64,000 bases of DNA from Antedon mediterranea. Lineage: Eukaryota > Animalia > Echinodermata. The stretch covers positions 17,010,101 to 17,074,100 of the forward strand of contig NC_092677.1 in NCBI RefSeq assembly GCF_964355755.1, given 5' to 3'. Position 1 is the stretch's first letter. Each line of letters starts with the position of its first letter. Below, piece by piece: positions 10,414-22,734 of this stretch. The notes under the pieces were generated by a model that was given only the letters and a program-made list of their open reading frames with translations, searched no databases and was not told where the DNA came from. Made by a program: the position numbers and the translations under genes.

Positions 10414-13400
10414 CTATTTAGTATTCAAAACTTCGTCTGAAGTACTTTTAATAGTACTATAAGACTTCATTTCTTGTTTGGAAAAATGTTCGTTGAGAGG
10501 AAACTGCTCCTCTGCTTTCGCAAAAATCAAAAATATTGTCAGTCCAAATAACATGGCTCCACTAACTATCTTAAACATCAAAGACCACTGTTCAAATGTG
10601 TTCTGAAAAACAACGATATTAAAAATTGATTAACCCGAGGCCCCGAGGTGTAATATTGAAGGAATCATATCATTAAACATTCGTCTTTAAATATTGGTCG
10701 GATAGAATGATTTACTATGCAGGTACAAAATGAATGGGTAGTAGAAAAAGAAGGTCACTGTTATTCAAGTTAGCTGGTGATTTAGTATTATGCTAGTAGA
10801 CCTAGCAAACATTTCCTGAACTTGATAAAACTAATAATATAAATAATAAGAAAACTTACTGTGTCTTTTGTTAATTGCCCGATAATTGTTGGACCAAGAA
10901 CTCCAGAAACACTTGATAAAGTTGTCATAACTCCTACGATCACCCCGGAATAATGCTTCGTTATGTCCAATACGTTTGGAGTGATACTCGCATTAGTACA
11001 TACGGATATACCAAATGCCAGAATCAACAGCATCAGACATGATACAGCACTATGTTTGAAAAAGTCCATACAACTAAATAAAAGGGAAGGTAGCCCGATA
11101 CCTAAAAATAGTAATAATATATCATTATCATTACTTACATTTTGATTTCCATGCTTCCAAAACTTCTTCATGCAGTAGTTCAATTATTATTATTATTCCG
11201 CATCCAACAATGAAAAACTACAATTATAGGATTGCTAAACTATAATGTATCGTGCGTTTAAACTAAATCTCATTTGAGTCTAGGAAGGAACGTGCCTACG
11301 TTAACTACCAAGCTACAGCTCCATTATCCTATCATTGTATTTATGATAGTTGTTGGAAATGTTGATCAGTAATGTCAATTGTTTATAAAGTGTACAAAAT
11401 CTTACCCAAAAATGTAAACAGCTTCCTTGTTTGCAAAATAGTCAAATATTCACGACGAATACAGGCGTCTGCACATACGCCAGAAAGTAAGACGAAGCAA
11501 CAACTCACAATACCCAGACATGACGTAATCCACCCAGTCTGAACAGTAAGAAATCACAACTGTATATCACTTCAAATTTTAAACATCCTGTCTTAATGTA
11601 AAAAAGCGACAACTATTATGTTATGCAATTAATTTATGCAATCCATGTCTTAACTTACCGCTTCTAAATCAAATCCTAACATTTCTGTGATAAATGTCGG
11701 TGCTTCAGTAACAACAAAATAGAAACCGAAATTGTCGACAACGTTTACAATGACTACCGCCCAAACCGCCGACGATTGGAGTATACTCAACCATGGAACC
11801 GATATGTTCTTAAAAAAAGCACACATGATTTAATAATTAATTTTAGTTTAGTGTCAACTAGAGCATCGGTAACAGCAGTAGCAGCAGTCGCAGAAGAAAT
11901 TGTGGCAGATGAGCAGCACGAGCAGTACAGAAGCAGTGGCAGGATCTGTAGTGATATGAGTAGTGGCAGTTGCAGGAGGAGTGGCAGGAGCAGTGGTGGA
12001 AATCGCAGTGAGTAGCGTAGTGAACATTTTGTATGATTGTATATCATACCTGATTTTTCTTTTCATTTTCAGTGTCAAAACTCTTCAAGTATTCGACCTC
12101 TTCACTTGATATAAATGGATCTTCATCAGGAGTTTCGTAAATTATAAAAACCCATATTATCGCAGTAACAATTGAAAGGGTACCTAATATAAATTAAATT
12201 GAGAAACAAATTAGAAATTCAAGTTAAAGATAATGATAATATTATCAGTCTTTATTATTATTATTAATCTGTACCTTTTTACAAACTACATCATTTCAAA
12301 GAGAAATATCCGATTATGAGATCTTGGATCTCATCATGTTCATCATCCGTTGGAAGAGATGATCAAGCGATAATGTCATAGATTCGTTATTTATCTATGC
12401 ACTTGGATGGTCACTAAGCATCCATACAACAACATAATAGAAAATATATATATCGTTACTGTATGTATAAAATGATAACGGCCATCCACCAAATGTGTAA
12501 GCAGAACAAATCCAAGCAGACAAAGGGTTACAGATGACTTGACAAAATGGAAAACCTGTAAAACAACATTTAAACTTGGTTTTGGTGTTCATCAGAGAAT
12601 CAAGAACTAATGCCTGTGACTATACCATGACTATGCCTATGATATTAGCAACAGACCTAAGATTTTTTAATGTTCTTAGTTTTTTAGATCCTATTTGATT
12701 TTGTCATTTGTCATTTAATCATTCGGGAAACTCATGCTATAATCTCCAAGTCAATAGCAAAGAAAGTCACAATATCCGCATAGAAAGGAATTAAATCATC
12801 GTAAATCAACTTGAGCAACCAACACGGAGGTAGCCTACTATGGAATAGTGAGCTAGTTTTAAAATACATTTATTAAAGCTGTCGTGCTCATTACAATACA
12901 ACACACAATAGGGATTTTAGATCTTTTAAACGAAAATGGAAGATGGAGAGGAATTGCAAGGGAAAACGAATCTGTAAAGTTTGCAAATGCAACGAGGTGA
13001 AAAATGAATATCATTTTGTTTCGAATGTCCATACTACAACGAAATTATTATTATTTTAATTAACCAACAAACGAAAAGTTTATTTTACTAATGAACAACA
13101 AAAAGAAAATAACAATCAATAACCTGGTAAGATTTGCCTTGTTCACATAATATTATAAAAAGAGAAATAATAATGTTGCTGTTACTACTACTCAAATTTA
13201 AATGTATGTATTATCTATTATTGTACTTCGGCCAGTGGCCTACATACTCTTGAATAAATAAAGTAATACATATGAATTAAGTACTGTATTATTATTATTG
13301 ATAATATTCATTTACCGAAAAGAGCTATGGATACAAGGGTACTTCTTTCATGCGGAACACTAGTCCATTTTCCCAGTAAACCCACTATTGCTCCATTGTT

Positions 13401-16400
13401 TAGTCCCTGATAAGAAAAGAGATACAATCAAAGTATAACGATTCTGTTTAATCTTTTCGATAAATGCATTTATTGTGTAATCTTCGATTAAAAAAAGTGC
13501 TTATTAATACTGTCGAATGAACATAAAATGCAACTGTAAAAAAATATCTAAAGAGTAATATCTTTAGTCTCTATCATAATAATTACAAGAATGCATCCTA
13601 ATAATGCATTTATTGGGAAATCCACGAAAAAAGTAATATATAATATATTAATATAAAAGAGTAATAATTATCTCTATTTTAAATAATTACAAATATATCT
13701 TTAAAATCCATCTTTATGAGGTCCATGACGACGTAGGCCTAATATAGAAAGACTGGTAAACTAGGAAGGCTACTTGAACAGTATTCATACTGACCTGTGC
13801 CATGCCGTCTAATACACGTAGAACGATAAGAAAATCACTGCTAATCCCCGCTGACCAAGGTATTAGTGCTGTAAGAATACTTGACAAAATAAGTGCAGCA
13901 AAAATGATTGGTTTCCCGCCTACTCTACAAACCAACCAACCTCCTGGGATAGCTGTTACGGTGTAGCCATAATAAAAACCACTAAGTATTATTTGACGTG
14001 TTTCTTCATCCCAAGCGTACGTTGGTATCTAGTGAAAAATAAAAAAGTTCTTGTACCTGTACTTCATGATAATGAGAATGAGTACAAATGCAAATAGCCC
14101 GTTTTTTAAAGTTTAAAGTGTTTGTTTAATTTAGTAATACTAGATGGTACGCTCGCTTCGCTCGCGTACCATCTAGGTCGTGCCCACAGATGGTTCTCGA
14201 ATACATAATAATTTCAGCGTTAAAAAACTGGCGATTTCAAATGTACGTACCGCAGGATAATAATACATGTCGTGTACAGGAACGAATAAATAGACACTGT
14301 GATTTATGTACTCAACTAAAATTAGCACCCTATTACTTCCGAAAGAGAAACTTGTCACAAAATAAGACCAATTGTTTAAGTCAAATTTAAACAAACTTAA
14401 TTTGTGTTTTGTATGTAACATTAGGGTTGAGGGATGGGGAAGAGGATGGGTGCAAAGAGGAACAATGTTAAAATATATTCTTTATCCATTTAGTAACGAA
14501 ATATTAATTGCTTTCATGTTTTACAAATAATATACCACTAAACACAGTAAAACATTGCGATGTAATACTTTGTTGAAACTATCACCGTCCTAGTCGATTG
14601 AAATAGTACAGCACATGTAACGATACATCACTACGACGTGTATATGTTTATAATATAATGTAAAACAATTTGTGAAAACCACCTCTATTCGGGGAAAATC
14701 ATAAATTCGATTTAATCGTCAATAAATATTAAATTATCTAACTCAACTTAATTAGTAGGCCTAATGGTTTTCAATTGTTTCTTAGAGCCAATTCATACTT
14801 AAGTTGGTTCCTACCCTACCCACCAAAGTTGTTCTGCGTTTAGGGCATGTGATGTACCGTAGGCCTATTCTCTACTGGTCTTACAACGCTACTCATGCCA
14901 GTGAGGGAAAGGTGATGATGTGGGTGGTTTAACTGCAATAATCAAGATTTGTACATAATATACGGCGAGTGAAAACGCTAGCTCATTATCCGTTTAAAAA
15001 AAAATTATATCCAACCTCTGCAGCACAGATTGAAAACAAAAATGGATCGAATTTCGAGTATACAGTACTGTACTTGCCTTTACGACGCCTGAGGGAATAG
15101 ACACTTGTGAAACAGAGATTGGAATGTTCCATTCATCGCAAATCAATACATTTGTATAATCGTATATTAAATCTATCAAAATAGTATTTTTTAAAGAAAA
15201 TCGGCCTGTCTTCAACATTATGATGCTGTACTCTAGCTGTTCAACCAGTTTTCAGCTATTAAAAACAATTATCGTTGGAGGAGATAGGAAAATGCGAAGC
15301 CTCCTCGTATTTTTGTGGCGGGTATTTTTCAAGATGGACATCCATTAGACAGTGTATACCACGATCGGAAAACACCCCTATTTGGGGCAAATCGTTGAAC
15401 CTAAATTCGTTTTAATCGTCAATAACTAATTACCTAACTCAATTTAATTAGTAAACAGGGTTACATCAGATGGTTAAAATCAGTACCGAAAGTATGAACC
15501 AACTTTATATACCATCGAGTAGAAATTCTAGAAATAAACCGAGATTTTCCGAATTTTGCCCTTACGTAAATTTATATATAGACTAGATGGCACGCTCGCT
15601 TCGCTCGCGTACCATCTAGGGGTGCTCACAGATGGTTCTCGAATACAGTAGAATCCACGGACGGGGACTTTTTTGGGACACTAAACAAAAACGGAAGTGT
15701 CCCCCTAATTGGGGTATTCAGAAATAGAGACAACAAAACCAATACTGGATTCCATAAAGGACAATTAATTTATGTGGATTAAAGAAATTAGGGAGAAATG
15801 GAAATGTATGTACGGGAATTGGGCGACACGTGGTGGTGGTGATGGAACCGCAGTAATAAAGTTGATTGTATTTATATATTATAAGAACCAAACTAAATAA
15901 ATAGACCTAGACATTCTGCGAAATGGAAATCGGAAATGCAAGCTCCTATTCAGTGAAAAATTAAACTGTAGTCTACCTAAATATTTAGGGCAAATCATCG
16001 GTTGTGGTGTTGAAATTCCTGTAAACAATTGTGTGAACCAAACTGGGTCGAATTTCTGTCATGAGTACTGATTTGTTGGCCTGTGATTTATGACGCCTAA
16101 GGGATCTATCTAGACTTATTTTTTAGAATAATGTACGTACCTGTCAGATACAATTGTCTTGTGTCGTATAATAAATAAGTACTGTAATAGTTACTGAAGT
16201 TACTATTACAAAATCGTCAATGAAAACACGAAAATGTATATGCACTTACTTATGAAAACGTATACAGTATTATACTCAGTTATTGAAACAGTAGGTTTAA
16301 AAAAGTTTCGTTTGTCTGTAAAATGATGTAATCAAGCTGTTTACATGAGTCTTAATTTATAAGCACATCAATAATAAAATAGTTTATCTATCCTGTAATT

Positions 16401-19400
16401 GGCGAGATTATGGTCGCTGTTGAATGAAATAAAGCCAATCGATATCATATTTGTACAGAAACGTTTTCGCGGCCGAAGGGTGTAACCTAAATTCGTTGTA
16501 TTATCGTCAAGAACTAACTGTAACTAAACTTACATAGAAAGTAGGGTATCATAAATTTGGCCTTAGCACTCGGGGGAGTGGCTAAGATGAAGTCCGTGGG
16601 ACTACTAAATATAAATTGTAATGAACCTCGAGGGACATAAATAGGAATATTTCATGTTTCATTATCAATGTATAATAAATGGAAACTGTTTACCGATTCA
16701 AATAATAGAAATTGGTTTTTAACATTTTCCGAACCTATTGCAAGTTTATTCTCAAAGGGCCCATATATTTACCTACCGTATGTGTTAAACCAAGGGCTCA
16801 TAAATTTACCTACAGTACTTGTGTTAAACCAAACTCTGGCAGACTGAGAGATTGGGATGTTCCATTCATCGCAAATCAATACATTTGTATAATCGTATAT
16901 TAAATCTATCAAAATAGTATTTTTTAAAGAAAATCGGCCTGTCTTCAACATTATGATGGTGTACTCTAGCTGTTCAACCGGTTTTCAGCTATTAAAAACA
17001 ATTATCGTAGGAGGAGATAGGAAAATGCGAAGCCTCCTCGCTATGTAACATTAGGGTTGAGGGATGGGAAAGCGGATAGGTACAAAGAGGAACCATTTTT
17101 AAATATATTCTTTATCCACTGAGTAACGAAATATTTTGTTCATGTTTTATAGGCCTATAAATAATATACCTCTAAATACAGTAGGCCTAAAACATTTGCG
17201 ATTTAATACTTTGTTAAAACTGTCACTGTCATAATCGATTGAAATATTAAAGTACATGTCACGATACACCACTACGACGTTTATATTTTTGGTAATTATT
17301 AATTAATACAAACGTTGAGAAGGAACTGTCAGTATAAAGTTTATTTGTATATCTAACAGTAGAGCCTATCCACAGTCTCAGTAATAAAGTTTATTTGTAT
17401 ATATTTTTATATTACATCTAACAGTACGAACATTCACAGTAAGAAATGTTCGATTCAAATGAAAAATAGTTAATAGGTATTTACAGTATTGTCAAAGTAT
17501 TGCAAGTTTATTCTCAAAGGGCCCATATATTTACCTACCGTATGTGTTCAAGGGCTCATAAATTTACCTACAGTACTTGTGTTAAACCAAACTCTGGCAG
17601 ACTGAGAGATTGGGATGTTCCATTCATCGCAAATCAATACATTTGTATAATCGTATATTAAATCTATCAAAATAGTATTTTTTAAAGAAAATCGGCCTGT
17701 CTTCAACATTATGATGGTGTACTCTAGCTGTTCAACCGGTTTTTAGCTATTAAAAACAATTATCGTAGGAGGAGATAGAAAAATGCGAAGCCTTCTCGCA
17801 TTTTTTTGGCGGGTATTTTTCAAGATGGACATCCATTAGACAGTGTATACCACGATCGGAAAACACCCCTATTTGGGGCAAATCGTTTAACCTAAATTCG
17901 TTTTAATCGTCAATAACTAATTATCTAACTCAATTTAATTAGTAAACAGGGTTACATCAGGCGGTTAAAATCAGTACCGAAAGTACGAACCAACTTTACA
18001 TACCATCGAGTGAAAATTCTAGAAGTAAGGCGCGATTTACCGAATTTTGCCCTTACGTAAATTTATATATAGATTAGATGGTTCTCGAATACACAGTAAT
18101 TTCAGCGTAAAAACTGGCGATTTCAAATTTACGTACCGCAAGACTATAATGCATTATCGTTTACAGAAACGAATAAATAGACACGATGATTTATGTAGTT
18201 AACTAAAATTAGCATCCTGGGAATTACTTCCCAAAATGAAACTTGTCACAAAATCATTTAAACAAACGCAATTTGTGTTTTGTATGTAACATTAGGGTTG
18301 AGGGATGGTGAAGAGGATGGATACAAAGAGGACCATTTTTAAATATATTCTTTATCCACTCAATAACGAAATATTGTTTCATGTTTTATAGGCCTATAAA
18401 TAAAATACAATAGAAAATTTGCGATTTAATACTTTGTGTTAAAACTGTCACTGTCATAGTTGATTGAAATAGTAAAGTACATTATATATTTTGTAATTAT
18501 TTACCTCCGCCAAAAAGGAGGTATATGTAATCGATCGTGTTTGTCTGTTTGCAGGATTACTCAACAAGTAATTACAAGATCTTTACCAAAATGAATATAC
18601 AGATAGATATGTGGTCGAGGGCCATTCCATTAAATTTTGAGACCACGGTCTCAATTCTGGACCACTTTTTAGTATACCTTTCAGACCTGCTAGTGTTAAA
18701 AGAAAGGACAGAATTTTTCAAAAGCCGGCGACCAGTCTTAAAGTAACAAGTAAACTGAAATTGAATTTACTTGAGAACTACTTGTCCAAAAAACTTCCTT
18801 TTTGTACAAGAGGCAAGCGTTATAATTTGTGATTTGTAATTTTAAAACATAAAGTGATTTAATTTCAGGTTTTTTGATACGAGTAGTTTTTGTATAAACG
18901 TAGGACTATATTAAATCTATCAAAATAGTAATTTTTTGAAGAAAAAATCTTAAACATTATGATGCTCTACTGGAGCTGTTCAACCAATTTTCAGCTATTA
19001 AAAACCATTATCGTAGAAGGAGATATTTAAATGCGAAACATCCTCGTATTATTGTGTGCCGGTATTTTTCAAGATGGACATCCATTTGACAGTTTATACC
19101 GCGATCGGAAAAAACCCTATTCGGGAAAATAGTTGAACCTAATTTCGTTTTAGTTCTCAATAACTAATTATCTAACTCAATTTAATTAGTAAACAAGGTT
19201 ACATCAGGTGGTTAAAATCAGTACCGAAAGTACGAACCAACTTTATATACCATCTAGTAAACATTCTAGAAGTAACGCCCGATTTAAAGAATTTTGCCCT
19301 TACGTATGTGGAAGTACAAGGGCAAAGATCTTTATTTTAGTATCTGTTGAGAAGACAAAGACGAAAACTCGGTGGAAGCTGTGAATATTATCTTGCAAAA

Positions 19401-19714
19401 CCAACTTGCATACAATTCTAAACAGTGTTTTGAAAGAATGTTGCTAAATAATAAAGAATTAACACGTTCTTCTTTTCTTGCTTGCATTTGAAGAAATAAC
19501 GTGAAAGAAAAAAGTAGATAACTTAGCTTACCTCTGTGTGAAATTCTTTAGACCGTGGTGATTTCTCTGTTGTCCAAGTTCCATTTATATCTTCCCACTC
19601 GGTCGAGTTTTTCGGTTGAATCATTTCAACTATAGCAATATTAAGATTCAGTCTCATAGAATAAAAACAAAACTTTGCCATGCAACACATTATAGCTACT
19701 AGATAACGCTTCAT
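10414..19714 (-). CDS. SLC17-family (sialin-like) MFS anion transporter, copy B, 9 exons, about 483 aa
   Basis: Exons: 19532-19714, 13795-14028, 13316-13406, 12460-12555, 12050-12183, 11659-11808, 11406-11538, 10860-11101, 10414-10602. Total 1452 nt, canonical splice sites, no stop seen, same motifs as copy C. Intron 1 is enlarged by a Helitron array. Confidence 0.85.
12905..13260 (+). mobile_element. LINE 3' fragment (L2/Crack-like CCHC end); partial paralogous remnant at about 4450-4630
   Basis: RICKVCKCNEVKNEYHFV.ECPYY with frameshifts. Confidence 0.6.
14140..19306 (-). mobile_element. Non-autonomous Helitron tandem array, 3 units (14140-15582, 15583-18073, 18074-19306)
   Basis: On the minus strand units start TCTATATATAAATTTAC and end with a hairpin plus CTAG. 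Head-to-tail CTAG|TC junction at 15582/15583; the third unit has degraded ends. Inserted between A and T; the empty site is at 8437/8438 in copy A. Confidence 0.85.
18502..18700. mobile_element. HINE-type repeat (TTACCTCCGCC..GGAGG) nested in a Helitron unit
   Basis: Same family as the split copy at about 27955-28036 plus 35304-35400, and as the 44234 terminus. Confidence 0.6.
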
Positions 19715-19899
19715 ATTGACTTTGTGGAATCCAATCTCCAAACGCTTTTAGACCCTAGGTCTAACTTTTATTTGTAGTATAATAATATGAAGTTTATTAT
19801 TGAAACACTGCACGCACGAACAAAATGCAGCTATACTACTCTCATACAATACAACGCTGCTTTTAATCTAGTATGTATTAGTCACGGTTGAAAGTCTAT

Positions 19900-21312
19900 T
19901 GTTGATTTTAACCAACAACAATTTTAATTTTGGAAAGGACCATTACCTTCAAATTCATGGCACAGCGATGGGCACAAAAATGGCGTCATCTTTTGTAAAT
20001 TTATTTATGGGACAATTTGAGGCCAATTTTCTGTCCCTCCAACCTAATAAAGCACTTGTTTGGTTCAGATACATTGACGAAATCTTTTCTTCTTAATATT
20101 AATTCAGTCCACCCAACTATCAAATTTACAGCTACTAAATCCACTAGTAGCGTTGATTTTTTGGACACTATAGTGACCATAGAAAATGGTACACTCAAAA
20201 CTGACCTATTCCGTAAACCCACGGATAAAATATGTACCTGCTCCGTAGCAGTTGTCATCCCCGACACTGTACTAAAAACATACCGTACAGTCAAGCATTA
20301 CGTATCAGACGTATCTGTTCTTCAGATTTAGATTTTCAGAATCGAACCAGACATCTCCGGAATAGAAATTACAAGAAGGAATACATCGAAACTGTTATAA
20401 AGAAAGCAAAAGATATTCCTCGATGTCAAACACTGACGTACAAACCACGTCAGCCAAATTCGACCAGAGTGCCATTGGTCACAACCTATCACCCTAGGTT
20501 GCCTCCATTACGGGCTATTATTGAGAAACATATGCCCATTCTACAGTCCACAGAACGTCTCCAGAACCACCCATTATTGCATTTCGTAGACCTCCCAACC
20601 TTCGTGATATATTAGTCAGATCCAAATTTAAGAGTGAAATTAACTCTCACGACAGCCAAAATGTAATCAGTCACCTTTGCGGCAAATCTTGCAAACTTGT
20701 TCATTGGTTGATTCTACTGAAAAATTTAAGAGTAACCAAACTGGCCGAATTTTTCGGATAAGACAATCAATTAATTGTCTAACCAAAAACGTCATTTATC
20801 TCATATATACTGTAATATTTGTGGTAAACAGTACGTAGGGGAAACAAAAACTCGCAAAGGCAAAGAAAACCACTGGGAATTACTACTTTAAACCACAAAA
20901 CCTTTTGGACTTAACATTAGGAACATACTCCCAGATCAGTAAAATTATTCCATTGACTAGCAAAACTTAAGTTTCAATATTAACCACCATTTTAGCTGTA
21001 TTTTTAGTTCCATTCCTAAATTCTTGTTTTTTACTCTTATTCAGTCTCCACTCACTATTCACTACCCTGTTTCTATTGTTATATTTCTTTCATTCCTGTC
21101 CACCCAGGCAGCACTTGCCAGTCCTTGCTATGACTTTATCCAAATTCCTTCACTTGCACTGATGAAGGGCTAATGTCCAAAAGCTCTGCTAACTTTTCTG
21201 GCTGTTTTACTTTACTTTATCGTTTTGATTTAGCTTCTCGCTTTTTTTTTTTTGTATCTCCATTGAGATTCAGACCCACAGTATTGTCATTTTTCAGTAA
21301 TTTGCCTTTGGA
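19900..21312 (+). mobile_element. Penelope-like retroelement, 5'-truncated and frameshifted (RT + GIY-YIG + pLTR with decayed hammerhead)
   Basis: RT motifs GTAMGTKMA, WFRYIDEIF, NSVHPTIKFT, FLD, RKPTD, SCHP. GIY-YIG segment NVIYLI..C..CGKQYVGET near 20790-20850. CTGATGAAGGGCTAATGTCCAAAAGCTC at 21159-21186. Confidence 0.9.
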
Positions 21313-21397
21313 ACCAACTTTATATACCATCGAGTAAAAATTCTAGAAGTAAGGCGCGATTTATCGAATTTTTCCCTTACGTAAATTTATATATAGA
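21311..21397 (-). mobile_element. Helitron 5'-end fragment of the same family
   Basis: Ends ...CCCTTACGTAAATTTATATATAGA|T, matching the array termini. Abuts the end of the Penelope element. Confidence 0.75.
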
Positions 21398-22440
21398 TAT
21401 CTGTTTTACTGGAACTCCCGGCAAATCCAGAGAAGTACAATATTTCCAAACTCTACATATGACTGTAATGTTAAAATAGTAATGATGTTAACATCAACTT
21501 TAATTTCCTCAGAAAATAAAGACGGAAATTAACCTCTTTTCACTATACTAATCATTAAAAGTGACGCTTATGTATTTGGATTTATTAACTTTCTTTAAAT
21601 ACAAAATAAACAATAAAAATCATAAATAAATACATTTTTAAAAGATGAGGAATTCTCATGAGAATTGAATAAAATGCCGCTCAAACAGAGCTACAAAATC
21701 TGAACCTTCTGCTTAATTACTTCGTATTTTAAATTCGTATATTTATTGTCCCTTTGACTAATTCCAAAAAAATTAAAGATTTCGAAAAAAAGTGGGTCAT
21801 TTTGAAGTATCATAATAGTTATTAACTTTCACCAAAAATTAGTCTGAAAAAAAAATAATTTAACTGAAATACAGACGTTTTTTTGTTCAAAAATAACTTT
21901 TCGATAAAAACATATCTCATAATGCAACGCGCTCGTTTGGCTACTTGTTTGGCTACATAATCATAAAACTTCCTCGCTATCTGTGTGAAAACACCTTCTC
22001 AACCGTGACGAGTTGTAAACAATCCTAAATAGCATCATGCATAATGCATACTTGTGGTATGAAATCTAGTTTACTTTTAATTTCGCTCGCGACGATTTTA
22101 AAGACGAAATGTAATCAAATTAATTTACCTGTAAATTACGTAAACTTGTTGTTTTTGGCTCGAATTTTCGACTTAAAGTGAATAACTTTAATATTACTTT
22201 GATATGGCCAATTTAAATTTAGAATATTAATTGACCTTCATTTTTTGTGTTTCAAGAGACAATACATTTTTAAATATTACAAAGAAGAAAATATTAAAGT
22301 AGGAAACCCCATCCAAATAATTGTTTTCCTCATTTTTTTCTCTCTTGCTTAATTGTTTTAATCTACGTCTACAATTTAAAAAAACTGCATGGACGTCAAA
22401 GCGCCTAGGTTCTTTTTATTGACGTTCGTTACATCTTACA

Positions 22441-22518
22441 TCACTTTCTGGTGGCGCTATGTTGCACTCCATTCTGTACTTCGTCTGAAGTACTTTTCAT
22501 AGTTCTATAACACTTGAT
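22441..22518 (-). pseudogene. Stranded alternative SLC17 C-terminal coding tail
   Basis: Reverse strand reads IKCYRTMKSTSDEVQNGVQHSATRK-stop, homologous to MKSYSTIKSTSDEVLNT of the terminal exons. Confidence 0.65.
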
Positions 22519-22734
22519 GCATGATGCATGCATGCATGAATTATATATATAATATTCTTTAGACGACAATACAACGTTATTTATTTAAATCTGAAAAGTG
22601 TTTATTGGGAAGGCCGTAATTATTAAGCCTATTGTCAACTTATACAAAAGAAAACTTTGACTATCTATTGATAATTTGAAAGAGAGATAATAACAATACA
22701 GTAAGCCTATGATAGGATTAATAAAATAATAGGT

